64,000 nucleotides of DNA from contig CAZSNA010000004.1 of the NCBI GenBank assembly GCA_964607825.1, positions 14,160 to 78,159 of the forward strand, in the 5' to 3' direction. This DNA comes from an uncultured Fibrobacteraceae bacterium (GTDB lineage: Bacteria > Krumholzibacteriota > Krumholzibacteriia > LZORAL124-64-63). Position 1 is the first letter of the stretch, and each line of letters starts with the position of its first letter. Below the pieces are notes generated by a model. It made no database searches. It worked only from the letters and a program-made list of their open reading frames with translations, and had not been told where the DNA came from. The translations under genes and the position numbers were made by a program. Shown piece after piece: positions 30,760 to 41,201 of the stretch.

Positions 30760-31566
30760 ATGAAACGCTATGCTCCGCTCGTCTTCTGCCTGGTCGTCGT
30801 CCTGGCCGCACACGCCTTCGCCGCCAATTCCGTCACCGTGCTGACGCCCGAGGCCGAGCCCGGCCAGACCGGCGTACGCGTGGACGTGTGCGCGACCAAC
30901 GACGTCGAGCTGCTCGAGTACTTCAACCTGCTCGTCTTCGACGCCACGCGCCTGGAGCTGGTCTCGTTGACGCCCGACCGCGGCGGCTTCTGGTACGGCT
31001 ACTATCCGACCGAGATCGTGGGCGACCACGTCTACGTGCACGGCTGGGCGACCGACTACCCGGACTGCATCGATCCGTCGGGCGGCGAACCGCCGGGGCC
31101 GGCGCTCTACCACCTCGTCTTCGACGTCAAGCCCGACGCGCCCGCGGGGCTGGCCGCGGTGGCCTTCGGCGTCGAGGGCGCCTTCGACGGGCACTGGAAC
31201 AACTGCTCCGGCTACACCGTGTCGCCCGCGCCGACCTACGCCGACGGCGGCGTGATGGTCACCGAGGACACCGCCGTGACCGGTCCCGCCGCGGTCGCCG
31301 CGGCGAGCGTCCGGCCCAATCCCACGTCGGGCAGCGCGCACATCCTGTTCTCGCTGCCGGAGGCGGGGCGGGTCGAGGTGGGCGTGTACGACCTCGCCGG
31401 TCGACGGATCCGCACGCTGCGGAGCGATCGGCTGCCCGCGGGGGAGGCGTCCCTGCGCTGGGACGGCCGCGACGAGACGGGCCGGCCGGCCGCCGCCGGC
31501 ACCTACGTCTGCCGCGTGCGGACGGAACGGGACGAGGCCGTCATCCGGCTCCTGAAGCTCCGCTAG
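30760..31566 (+). CDS. Secreted protein with a cohesin-like beta domain and FlgD-Ig/T9SS-like C-terminal domain
   Basis: Signal peptide (AFA). A.PGQ..V.V.V...N......L.FD...L.LVS pattern recalls cohesins. RPNPT...WDGRDETG C-terminus. Confidence 0.7.
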   Translation: MKRYAPLVFCLVVVLAAHAFAANSVTVLTPEAEPGQTGVRVDVCATNDVELLEYFNLLVFDATRLELVSLTPDRGGFWYGYYPTEIVGDHVYVHGWATDYPDCIDPSGGEPPGPALYHLVFDVKPDAPAGLAAVAFGVEGAFDGHWNNCSGYTVSPAPTYADGGVMVTEDTAVTGPAAVAAASVRPNPTSGSAHILFSLPEAGRVEVGVYDLAGRRIRTLRSDRLPAGEASLRWDGRDETGRPAAAGTYVCRVRTERDEAVIRLLKLR

Positions 31567-32942
31567 GTCGTCGGTTTCTGGGATCGTCGGGGCAGGATCA
31601 CCCGGAACGTGCTGCCGCGGCCCGGTTCGCTCTCCACCTCGATGGTGCCGCCGAGCAGGGTCACCAGCTCCCGGCAGATCGATAGCCCGAGCCCGGAGCC
31701 CTCGTGGATGCGGTCGGTGCCGCCGTCGAGCTGGCGGAAGGGGTCGAACAGGACCGCCTGGTCCTGGGGCGAGATGCCGACGCCGTCGTCGCTGACCTTC
31801 AGGCGGGCCCGCACGTCGTCGCAATTGCAGTCGATGCACACCTCGCCCGCGTCGGTGAACTTGATGGCGTTGTCCACCAGGTTCAGCAGCACCTGGGCCA
31901 CGCGCCGCCGGTCGCTGACCAGGCTGCAGGTCCTGGGACAGAGGTTGTTCCGGATCACGAGCCCCTTCGCGTCGGCCCGGGGCTTCATCGAGGCCACCAC
32001 CTGCGCCGCCACCTCGGACAGATCGAACGCCTCGTCCACCAGTTCCATGCGTCCCGCCTCGATCTGCGACAGGTCGATCAGGTCGTTGATCAACGACAGC
32101 AGGTGCTCGGCGCTGGTCTGGGCGAAGCCGAGCTGACGGGACTGCTCGTCGTTGAGCGGACCGGCCATGCCGTCGCGTACGGTGGTCGTGAAGCCGAGGA
32201 TCGAGTTCAGGGGCGTGCGCAGCTCGTGGGAGATGGTGGTCAGGAACTCCGACTTTAGGCGGTCCGATTCCTGGGCGCGGTCCAGGGCGCGCATGAGCGC
32301 CCGGGTGCGGGAGGTGACCAGCTCGTCCAGGTGGTCGCGGTGGCTGGCGAGCTCGGCCTCGGCCTTCCGGCGCTGCTTGATCTCCGCCTCGATCCTCTCG
32401 ACGTGCTGGACGTTGGCCAGGGCCAGGCCGATGGTCTGCCCGATGGAGCGCAGGGTCTCGAGCTCCGCCGCGCTGAATTCGCGCGGACCGTGGAACACCA
32501 GGTTCAGGGTGCCCAGGGCCCGCTCCTCGAACAGGAGCGGGATCGAGGCCGCGCTCACGATGCCCTCGCGCCGAGCGGCCTCGCGCAGCGGCTCGGTGAT
32601 GGACGGCTCGGTCTGCATGTCCGGACAGACGACCACCTCGCCCGCGGCCACCGCCTGTCCCGAGAGGGTGCCCTTGGTGGGGTGTTTGCCGATCACGGCC
32701 GCGGTCTCGTCGGTCAGCTTCGCCGTGTGCAGCAGCTCCAGCTCGCCGCTCTCCGCGTGGTGCAGGTAGACGCTGACCGAGGGCGACTCGCTGTACTGCA
32801 TCATGGCCGTCGCCGCGTGACGGGCCAACGTCCGCTGATCCGTCGCGCGATGGAGCTCGTCGGTCAGGGCGTTGATGGTCTGCAGGGTCTCGACGCTGGC
32901 GCGCAGGCGGGCCAGGTCGGCGTCGTGGTCTCGGTTCGTCAT
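31563..32942 (-). CDS. GAF sensor histidine kinase
   Basis: GAF domain, SHELRTPLNSI, NLVDNAIKFT, DDGVG, GSGLGL. Confidence 0.9.
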   Translation of the reverse strand: MTNRDHDADLARLRASVETLQTINALTDELHRATDQRTLARHAATAMMQYSESPSVSVYLHHAESGELELLHTAKLTDETAAVIGKHPTKGTLSGQAVAAGEVVVCPDMQTEPSITEPLREAARREGIVSAASIPLLFEERALGTLNLVFHGPREFSAAELETLRSIGQTIGLALANVQHVERIEAEIKQRRKAEAELASHRDHLDELVTSRTRALMRALDRAQESDRLKSEFLTTISHELRTPLNSILGFTTTVRDGMAGPLNDEQSRQLGFAQTSAEHLLSLINDLIDLSQIEAGRMELVDEAFDLSEVAAQVVASMKPRADAKGLVIRNNLCPRTCSLVSDRRRVAQVLLNLVDNAIKFTDAGEVCIDCNCDDVRARLKVSDDGVGISPQDQAVLFDPFRQLDGGTDRIHEGSGLGLSICRELVTLLGGTIEVESEPGRGSTFRVILPRRSQKPTT

Positions 32943-33093
32943 GGGGGGAGTCTAGTCCAAACGGGGGCGGTTGGCGAGTCCGCTGACGCTCGGTCAGGCC
33001 GTTCGGGGAAAAGGGGAGCCCGCGGGCTCAGAACCTCTCCGTTCCCTGACGGGATCGGGTCGGAACCGGCGCGCGACGACCAGAGGTCCAGCC

Positions 33094-33210
33094 AAGAAAA
33101 ATCTTGGGGTGGCACGTCGTGCTGCCCGCGGGCCATGGGATGAGCATGCCGCCCCGAAGGGGGAATACCTCCCTGGGTTGCAACCGCGCCCGGTAAGACG
33201 TGGCCGCTAC
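33094..33210 (-). ncRNA. Candidate sigma54-dependent small RNA (or structured leader of the GAF kinase)
   Basis: Lies downstream of a GG-N10-GC promoter and contains TTCCCCCTTC. Ends in a GGGGCGGCATG/CGTGCCACCCC stem plus AAGATTTTTCTT. Confidence 0.4.
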
Positions 33211-33220
33211 GCCACCGTAC

Positions 33221-33236
33221 GCTACCTTCGTACCAG
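33221..33236 (-). promoter_or_regulatory. Candidate sigma54 promoter
   Basis: Minus strand CTGGTACGAAGGTAGC (GG-N10-GC). GACCGG/CCGGTC inverted repeats at ~33291-33332 are possible UAS. Confidence 0.5.
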
Positions 33237-33389
33237 GTGAAAGCGCTCGAAACGGCCGAATCGTGTAGAATTCGGGAGGTTCGGCCCTACGACCGGGAGC
33301 GCGGCCGGTCAGAAACCGATCACTCGCCGGTCGGCGGAGGACCGTACTTCCGACCATGCGGATCTTTTTCGTTTTCCTCGCTTTCCCGC

Positions 33390-33449
33390 TTGTCACGGTC
33401 TCGAATCAGGCTATCTTTGTGGGGTCAACAATTCTCGGCATGTCAAGAA
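33390..33449 (+). promoter_or_regulatory. sigma70 promoter of feoAB with a downstream palindromic operator
   Basis: TTGTCA-N16-TATCTT, then TTCTCGGCATGTCAAGAA (33432-33449). Confidence 0.5.
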
Positions 33450-33476
33450 CAGGCGCCTCCAACACGGAGACCGGAC

Positions 33477-33701
33477 ATGACCCTCGAGACGCTGCCGGCC
33501 GGTACCACCGCGACCCTGATCGACATCGATCCCTGCAACGGGTTGCGTCTGCGTCTTATGGAGATGGGGCTGACCCCGGGCACGGACGTGTCCGTGCTGC
33601 GTGTGGCGCCCCTGGGCGATCCCATCGAGATCATGGTGCGCGGCACGCGCCTGTCCATCCGCAAGAGCGAAGCGGCCCTCATCCACTGTCAGGTCGACTG
33701 A
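33477..33701 (+). CDS. feoA: Ferrous iron transport protein A
   Basis: RLMEMGLTPG...APLGDPIEI.VRG..LSIRKSEA. Confidence 0.92.
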   Translation: MTLETLPAGTTATLIDIDPCNGLRLRLMEMGLTPGTDVSVLRVAPLGDPIEIMVRGTRLSIRKSEAALIHCQVD

Positions 33702-33717
33702 CGCGATCGGAGCCGCC

Positions 33718-35865
33718 ATGGCCAAGGCCCCGGCTCACCGTCCATCCGATTTCACAGTCGCCGTCGCCGGCAATCCCAACTCCGGCAAGACCACCCTGTT
33801 CAACGCCCTGACCGGCGCCAACGCGCGCATCGGCAACTTTCCCGGCATCACCGTCGACGTGCTCACCGGCCACTTCCAGCTGCCGCAGGCCGGCCGCGTG
33901 CGCCTGATCGACATCCCCGGCACCTGCAGTCTCAACGCCCGCTCGCCCGACGAGGAAGTGGCCATCAACACCGTCCTCGGCCGCAAGGGCGTCCGCCGTC
34001 CGGACGCCGTCCTGCTCGTGCTCGAAGGCACCGCCCTGGAGCGCGGCCTCTACCTGCTGATGCAGATGCTGGAGTTCGAGATCCCGGTCGTCGTCGTGGT
34101 CAACATGCTCGACGCGGTGCGCGACGACGGCCTGGAGATCGACTTCGACGCCCTGCGCGAGATCTACGGCGTCCCCTTCGTGGGCACGATCGCGCGGCGA
34201 CGCCGGGGCGTGGACCTGGTGCGCGACGCCCTCGACGAGCTGCTGACCAATCCCGAAGAGGCCGCGCGACCGGGCTGGCAGTGGGGGCCGCCGGACGAGC
34301 TCGCCGCCGACCTCGACACCTTCGACGCCCTGATCAGAGACGAGGTGCGCTTCCGCCTGGACGGCCCCGGCGCCCGCCGCGCCTTCGCCCTGTGGCTGCT
34401 GATGAGCGTGGTGCCGGACAGCGTGCTCGAGGTGCGCCCCCGTCTGCGGGAGCACACCCTGCAGACCCGCGCGCGCATCAAGGCGGAGGGCCGCGACCTG
34501 GTGCGCGAGGCCGTCACCGGCCGCTACGCCAAGATCGACCTGATCACGCCGCGCATCCTGACCCGCAGCGCCAACCGCAGCCAGTTGACCGAGCGCATCG
34601 ACGCCGTCCTGACCCACCCGCTCTGGGGCTCGGCCGTGTTCCTGGCCCTGATGGCGCTCATCTTCCAGATGCTCTTCTCCTGGTCGGATCCCTTCATCGG
34701 CCTGATCGAGGACGGCTTCGCCCGCCTGGGCGGCTTCGTGCGTCACGTCCTGCCGGCCGGCCTGCTGCGCGACGCGGTGACCGACGGCGTGCTGGCCGGC
34801 GTGGGCGGCGTGCTGGTCTTCCTGCCGCAGATCGTCTTCCTGTTCTTCTTCATCTCGATCATGGAGGGCACGGGCTACCTGTCGCGCGCGGCCTTCCTCA
34901 TCGACCGCATCATGCGTAAGCTGGGTCTTCACGGTCAGGCCTTCGTGCCGCTGCTCAGCGGCTTCGCCTGCGCCATCCCGGCCATCATGGCCACGCGCAC
35001 CATCGACAACCGGCGCGACCGCTTCCTGACGATCATGGCCGTGCCGCTGATCAGCTGCTCGGCGCGGCTGCCCGTCTACACCCTGATCATCGCCCTGCTC
35101 TTCCCGGCGGCCGACAAGATCGGCTTCCTGAGCACCGGCACCTTCCTGCTGCTGGGCATCTACGTGATCAGCACGGTGATGGCCCTGGCGGCGGTGGGCC
35201 TGCTCGGACGCACCATCCTCAAGGGCGCGCCGCAGCCCCTGCTGATGGAGCTGCCGCCCTACCGGATGCCCGACGCGCGCACCATCCTGCTGGTGCTCTG
35301 GGACCGCACCCGGGCGTTCCTGACCACCGCCGGCACGGTGATCCTGGTGATGACTGTGGTGCTGTGGGCCCTGCTGGCCTTCCCCCGCCACGACCTGGAC
35401 GGCCTCGAGGGCGAGGCGCTGACCCGGGCCCAGGCCGAACAGCTGCGCGGCAGCGTGGCGGGCCGGATCGGCGCCTTCATGGAGCCGGCCCTGGAGCCCC
35501 TGGGCTTCGACTGGAAGATCGGCATCGGCCTGATCGGCTCGTTCGCGGCGCGGGAGGTCTTCGTCAGCACCATGGGCGTGGTCTACGGCGTGGGGGAGGG
35601 GCACGACGGGGCCGACACCTCCCTGCGGGAGGTCATGCGCCGCGACACGCGCGACGACGGCACCCCCCTGTGGACGACCCTATCCGGCCTGAGCCTCATC
35701 GTCTTCTTCATGTTCGCCATGCAGTGCATGAGCACCCTGGCGGTGGTCCGGCGCGAGACCGGCAGCTGGGCCTGGACCGCCTTCATGCTCGTCTATCTCA
35801 CCTCGACCGCCTACGTGGTCACGCTGCTGGTCTACCAGGGCGGGCGGCTGCTCGGCCACGCCTGA
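33718..35865 (+). CDS. feoB: Ferrous iron transport protein B
   Basis: [24 protein letters not shown] GTPase motifs; [30 protein letters not shown]. Confidence 0.95.
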   Translation: MAKAPAHRPSDFTVAVAGNPNSGKTTLFNALTGANARIGNFPGITVDVLTGHFQLPQAGRVRLIDIPGTCSLNARSPDEEVAINTVLGRKGVRRPDAVLLVLEGTALERGLYLLMQMLEFEIPVVVVVNMLDAVRDDGLEIDFDALREIYGVPFVGTIARRRRGVDLVRDALDELLTNPEEAARPGWQWGPPDELAADLDTFDALIRDEVRFRLDGPGARRAFALWLLMSVVPDSVLEVRPRLREHTLQTRARIKAEGRDLVREAVTGRYAKIDLITPRILTRSANRSQLTERIDAVLTHPLWGSAVFLALMALIFQMLFSWSDPFIGLIEDGFARLGGFVRHVLPAGLLRDAVTDGVLAGVGGVLVFLPQIVFLFFFISIMEGTGYLSRAAFLIDRIMRKLGLHGQAFVPLLSGFACAIPAIMATRTIDNRRDRFLTIMAVPLISCSARLPVYTLIIALLFPAADKIGFLSTGTFLLLGIYVISTVMALAAVGLLGRTILKGAPQPLLMELPPYRMPDARTILLVLWDRTRAFLTTAGTVILVMTVVLWALLAFPRHDLDGLEGEALTRAQAEQLRGSVAGRIGAFMEPALEPLGFDWKIGIGLIGSFAAREVFVSTMGVVYGVGEGHDGADTSLREVMRRDTRDDGTPLWTTLSGLSLIVFFMFAMQCMSTLAVVRRETGSWAWTAFMLVYLTSTAYVVTLLVYQGGRLLGHA

Positions 35866-35956
35866 TCCCGCCCCAGCCGGGGCTTGCGCCCCGGGGCGCG
35901 ATCGCCCATCATGTCCGCTTGAATACAGACCACAACCCGAGACCGGGGACACCGAC

Positions 35957-37357
<1,401 letters not shown>

Positions 37358-37696
37358 ACCTGTGGGCCTGTCGGTGGCAGGCGCTGCAGAGGGTGATGAG
37401 ATTCCCGGGCGCTTTGGATCCGCCGGCCGACCGTGGTATCACGTGATGCACTTCCAGGAACCGAGTGTTGCGGCAGCCCTCGCTGCGGCAGCGGAAGCTG
37501 TCCCTGATCATGACTTCACGGCGTATGGACGGCGGAATCGTATGCCGGCTGCGATCCCCTGGGACAACGATGTTGGCATCGCATTCAACCGCCGCCAACT
37601 CGGGTCCGGACACAGTCAGCCGATCTCCGGGCCCCACGACAACCGCTTTTTCGCAGTCCGGGCATTTCATGATCACTATTTGATACCGGCTTTCAG

Positions 37697-37714
37697 AGTG
37701 TACACGTGTAGACT
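37697..37714. repeat. Near-palindromic 18-bp repeat, copy 1 (inside the HNH gene)
   Basis: AGTGTACACGTGTAGACT, identical to 38400-38417. Confidence 0.85.
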
Positions 37715-38399
37715 TTTGTGTTCCGAGACTGTCCAGCGCCCTCAATATCAAATCCTCCCGACTTCCCTGATGTCCGCGTTTCCGCAATGCTTCAAGGATA
37801 TTCTCCAGGCGAGCTGCATCGATGGGCCGTAATTGCAGGTTCACGCGAACAGGCCGAGATGACTCCTCTGGCTGCGGCGTCCCAGGCAAGAGGGACGGTT
37901 GAATACTCACTTCTCGCCTTCGCGCCTTCGCTCGCGCCACGTCTTTCTGCAGGCGCCGAACAGACGTCTGACGAGCCCGACCAACCCAGGCCTTCTCGGT
38001 TCGACTGTCCGCGATTCCAGCAACGGTGCGGGCCTTCGTCCAAGTGACCGATCCGTCTGTAACCGCCGCCTTCAGAACGGGCAGACGCTCGAGATCCTCG
38101 ACCAAGCGAAGGAACTGGTAAGTCTTGCTGCGCGAAAAACCCAGCGCCCGCTCGGCATAGAGGTGGATCGTGGCGTACCCGAGTTCGAGATAGAGGCGAC
38201 GGCGCGCGACCTCGCCGAACCAGAGGACCGCGCTGCGCTCGGCATGGAGCAGGTTCTCGAGAGCCTGTTTCAGGGCGACATGAACCTTGCCTGCGGACAG
38301 ACCGGGGCGGAATCCTGTCATGTGTTATCCGTGCTTTCCGGGAGGAAGCTAGAGCGTGTATGAAGGAAGTGTGCCGACCGTATCGAGACGCGTTCTCAA

Positions 38400-38417
38400 A
38401 GTGTACACGTGTAGACT
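38400..38417. repeat. Near-palindromic 18-bp repeat, copy 2 (upstream of the HNH gene)
   Basis: AGTGTACACGTGTAGACT, identical to 37697-37714. Confidence 0.85.
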
Positions 38418-38443
38418 CTTGATGATTCGGTAGGCCGTATCAC

Positions 38444-38473
38444 GAAAGACCCCCGAACCATAGTCCGGGGGCC
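38444..38473 (-). terminator. Terminator of the glycosyltransferase gene
   Basis: Minus strand GGCCCCCGGAC-TATG-GTTCGGGGGTC-TTTC. Confidence 0.65.
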
Positions 38474-38495
38474 CGAGCCGGAGGCGTCCTATTCC

Positions 38496-40541
38496 TCAGC
38501 TCTTCACCGTCTCCCTCTCGCTCGCATCCGCCGTCTTCCCCTGCCGGATCTCCTCCAGATTATGCATCGCATCCGGATTCCCGGGATCCGTCACCAGCAG
38601 ATCCTCCAGCACCTCTCCGGCCTCCTCGACCTTCCTCATGCGCCAGAGCACCACCGCCAGGTTGTTGGCGGCGCGCACGTCGTCGCTGTTCCACCACAGG
38701 ACGTAGCGGAAGAGGGTCTCGGCGTCCTCGAGGCGGCCGGCGTGGAAGAACGCCTCGCCCTCGCGCAGGCGGGCCTCCAGTTCGGCGGGGGCGGGTTCGA
38801 TGGGGGTGACGTCCGCGGCGCGCGGCAGCGGGCTGAAGTGCAGCACGGGGTTGAAGCCGTTGACCACGATGCTCTCCAGGTCGAAGTGTCCGGCGTAGGT
38901 GATGTCGGCGGGGATGCCCCACTTGGCCTTGAACACCTCCCAGTTGGTCTCCAGGGCGTCGCGGTAGTCGGTCTGGACGGCGGCGAAGCTGCGGCCGCCG
39001 GCGTGGTGCACGTAGCAGTCGGCGGCGATCATGGTCTGGTAGCCCGCCAGGAAGGTGCGCAGGCAGTAGTCGGTGTCCTCGAAGGTGCCCAGGCCGTAGC
39101 GCTCGTCGAAGCCGCCGATGCGGCCGAGCAGCTCCCGCTTGATCAGCATGCAGAAGCCGCTGACCCACAGGGCGGGCTCGTCCTGGCCGGCCAGGGCGTC
39201 GCCGTGCATCTGCGCGAACAGGTCCAGGTTCTTCAGGGACTCGGTGTCGTAGCCGACCTTGGGCAGCTTCTGGGCGCCGGCCACGCTGTTGCTGACCGGG
39301 CCCACTACGCCCGCCTGGGGGTGGGCCTCGGCGCAGGCGATCAGGCGGTCGAGCCAGCCCTCGGTGACGACGGTGTCCGGGTTCAGCAGCACCAGGTGGT
39401 CGCCGCAGGCGCGGGCCAGGCCCATGTTGAGGCCCGCCGACACGCCCAGGTTCTCCTGGTTGTAGATCGCGCTCAGGCGGCCCTCGGCCTCGGCGAGGTC
39501 CTCCAGCCAGGTGACGGTGCCGTCGTTGCTGGCGTTGTCCACCACCACGATCTCGTGGTGAGGATCGGTGTGGGTCAGCACCGAGTCGAGACAGCGCTTC
39601 GTGTGGTCCAGGGCGTTGTGGGTCAGGATGATGATCGAGGCCCGCGACGGGTCGCCCGGCTTGTCGGGGGCGCGGCCCCAGCGCAGGCGGGGCGGCGCGT
39701 AGGCGCGGATCGAGAAGTCGGGGGCGGGGGTGGCCTCGCCGTGGAGGTCGATGTAGTAGTCCGGGTGGGCCTTGTCGCGCCAGCGCGCGTCGAAGCGGGA
39801 CAGGTCCTCCGGCGTCGGCTGCGTCTCGTCGCAACGATAGGTCGCCGTGCTCTCGGGACGGTAGACCGATCGCCAGCCGGCCGCGGCCAGCTTCAGGCAG
39901 AGGTCCGCGTCGGCCATGACGCCCTCGTAGACCTCGTCGAAACCGACCACCTCGAAGAAGGCCCGGCTGCGCACCAGCAGGCCCGCGCCGTCCAGGGCGC
40001 GCATGATCTGGGGCGTGTTGGCGGCGAAGGCGTCGCCCGGCTTGCCGCGCCACAGGGGGTTGGGCTCCAGGACGGGGCCGGCGCTCGTGTCGCGCTGGGT
40101 CAATGCGACGCCGGCGTGGCGAATGGTGCCGTCGACGGCGAGGTGACGGCCGCCCGCGGCGCCCGCCCAGGGGTCGTCGTCCAGCACGTGCAGCAGCGGG
40201 GAGAGCCAGCCGTCGCCGACGATCAGGCCGGGCTTCAGGAAGCACAGGTAGCGACCCTGCGCCGCGGCCGCGCCCTGGTTGCAGGCGCGGGCCCAGTTCA
40301 GGGGGCCGTCCGCGCGCTTCAGGACGATCCGCTTCTCCGCGGCCTGCGTCTGCAGGTCGGCGGTGACGGCGTCGTCGGCGCCCGAGTCCACGACGATGAT
40401 CTCGTGGGCGTCGCCCGGCGTGCGGTCGGCGAGCGCGTCCAGGCAGGCGCGGAGATGCTCGGCGCCGTCGTCGACGGGCAGGATGATGGAAACCCGGGGC
40501 TCGGGCTTCGGATAGGCTTCATCGTGGCGGATGCCGCTCAT
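38496..40541 (-). CDS. Tandem GT2 glycosyltransferase with C-terminal TPR
   Basis: Two SII(I/L)..IVVD GT2 domains (the second with DNASNDGT, LLNPD, GFDERYGLGTFEDTD; the first degenerate), plus TPR (AANNLAVV). GGAGG RBS. Confidence 0.85.
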   Translation of the reverse strand: MSGIRHDEAYPKPEPRVSIILPVDDGAEHLRACLDALADRTPGDAHEIIVVDSGADDAVTADLQTQAAEKRIVLKRADGPLNWARACNQGAAAAQGRYLCFLKPGLIVGDGWLSPLLHVLDDDPWAGAAGGRHLAVDGTIRHAGVALTQRDTSAGPVLEPNPLWRGKPGDAFAANTPQIMRALDGAGLLVRSRAFFEVVGFDEVYEGVMADADLCLKLAAAGWRSVYRPESTATYRCDETQPTPEDLSRFDARWRDKAHPDYYIDLHGEATPAPDFSIRAYAPPRLRWGRAPDKPGDPSRASIIILTHNALDHTKRCLDSVLTHTDPHHEIVVVDNASNDGTVTWLEDLAEAEGRLSAIYNQENLGVSAGLNMGLARACGDHLVLLNPDTVVTEGWLDRLIACAEAHPQAGVVGPVSNSVAGAQKLPKVGYDTESLKNLDLFAQMHGDALAGQDEPALWVSGFCMLIKRELLGRIGGFDERYGLGTFEDTDYCLRTFLAGYQTMIAADCYVHHAGGRSFAAVQTDYRDALETNWEVFKAKWGIPADITYAGHFDLESIVVNGFNPVLHFSPLPRAADVTPIEPAPAELEARLREGEAFFHAGRLEDAETLFRYVLWWNSDDVRAANNLAVVLWRMRKVEEAGEVLEDLLVTDPGNPDAMHNLEEIRQGKTADASERETVKS

Positions 40542-40587
40542 GGGATTCCTCCAGGGGGGATCGGGATTCCGTGTCCCGATCCGAACT

Positions 40588-40603
40588 GCAAGATCGCGGC
40601 CAA
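40588..40603 (-). promoter_or_regulatory. sigma54 promoter of the glycosyltransferase gene
   Basis: Minus strand TTGGCCGCGATCTTGC (GG-N10-GC, TTGC) 47 bp upstream of the ATG. TGTCCGG/CCGGACA IR at 40677-40711. Confidence 0.65.
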
Positions 40604-40848
40604 GATCCGCTCTTGGGGTGGCGTTGCAACCGGCTGTGCCACTGGAGGTTAAGGCCCCTGCGCTCTGTGCGGTCCGTGTCCGGCCCCGTACCCCTGCGTG
40701 AAAACCGGACATCCTGTGGCCACGATCCGGCCACGCCCCCCCGTGGTTTTTGCGCAGGCCCCCCGAATTCCGTAATCTCATCCAGCCCGTTGCGGCGCCC
40801 GGGTGTGGGCGCCGCGCCAAGCCACTCGCAGGTTCAAGGGAGCAGGTC

Positions 40849-41190
40849 ATGTCCATCCACGAAAACAGGTTCCGGACGATCCTCGGGATCTTCCTGGCCA
40901 TCGCGCTGCTGGCGGCGCCGATGCAGGCGTACGCCTTCCTGGACATCTGGGACCCCGACGATCAGGACCAGATGGAGCCCGGCGATCCCGAAGGCGGAGA
41001 TCGCGCCTTCCCCGACACCCCCTACGACGATCCGAGCGGCCAGTCGAGCTTCGCGCCCGGCGGCGACTCCGGAGACGATGAGCTGCCCGACCAGCCCGTC
41101 ATCCGGATGATCCCCTTGCTGCGCGACCACTGGCTGATCGTGACGCCGTTGATGAAGCCCGGCGTCTCGCCGTACCTGCTCGTTCGCTGA
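40849..41190 (+). CDS. Small secreted acidic peptide precursor (113 aa)
   Basis: AGGGAG RBS, Sec signal ending AYA, Asp/Pro/Gly-rich core (PGDPEGGD), hydrophobic tail; 11 bp upstream of the next gene. Confidence 0.7.
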   Translation: MSIHENRFRTILGIFLAIALLAAPMQAYAFLDIWDPDDQDQMEPGDPEGGDRAFPDTPYDDPSGQSSFAPGGDSGDDELPDQPVIRMIPLLRDHWLIVTPLMKPGVSPYLLVR

Positions 41191-41201
41191 GGAGAGGGAA
41201 G

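Noticed and set aside
33110-33125. TGGCACG...TGC sigma54-like site on the + strand (also TGGCACAGCCGGTTGC on the minus strand at 40626-40641)
   Set aside because: GG-GC spacing is 11 nt, whereas sigma54 requires 10.
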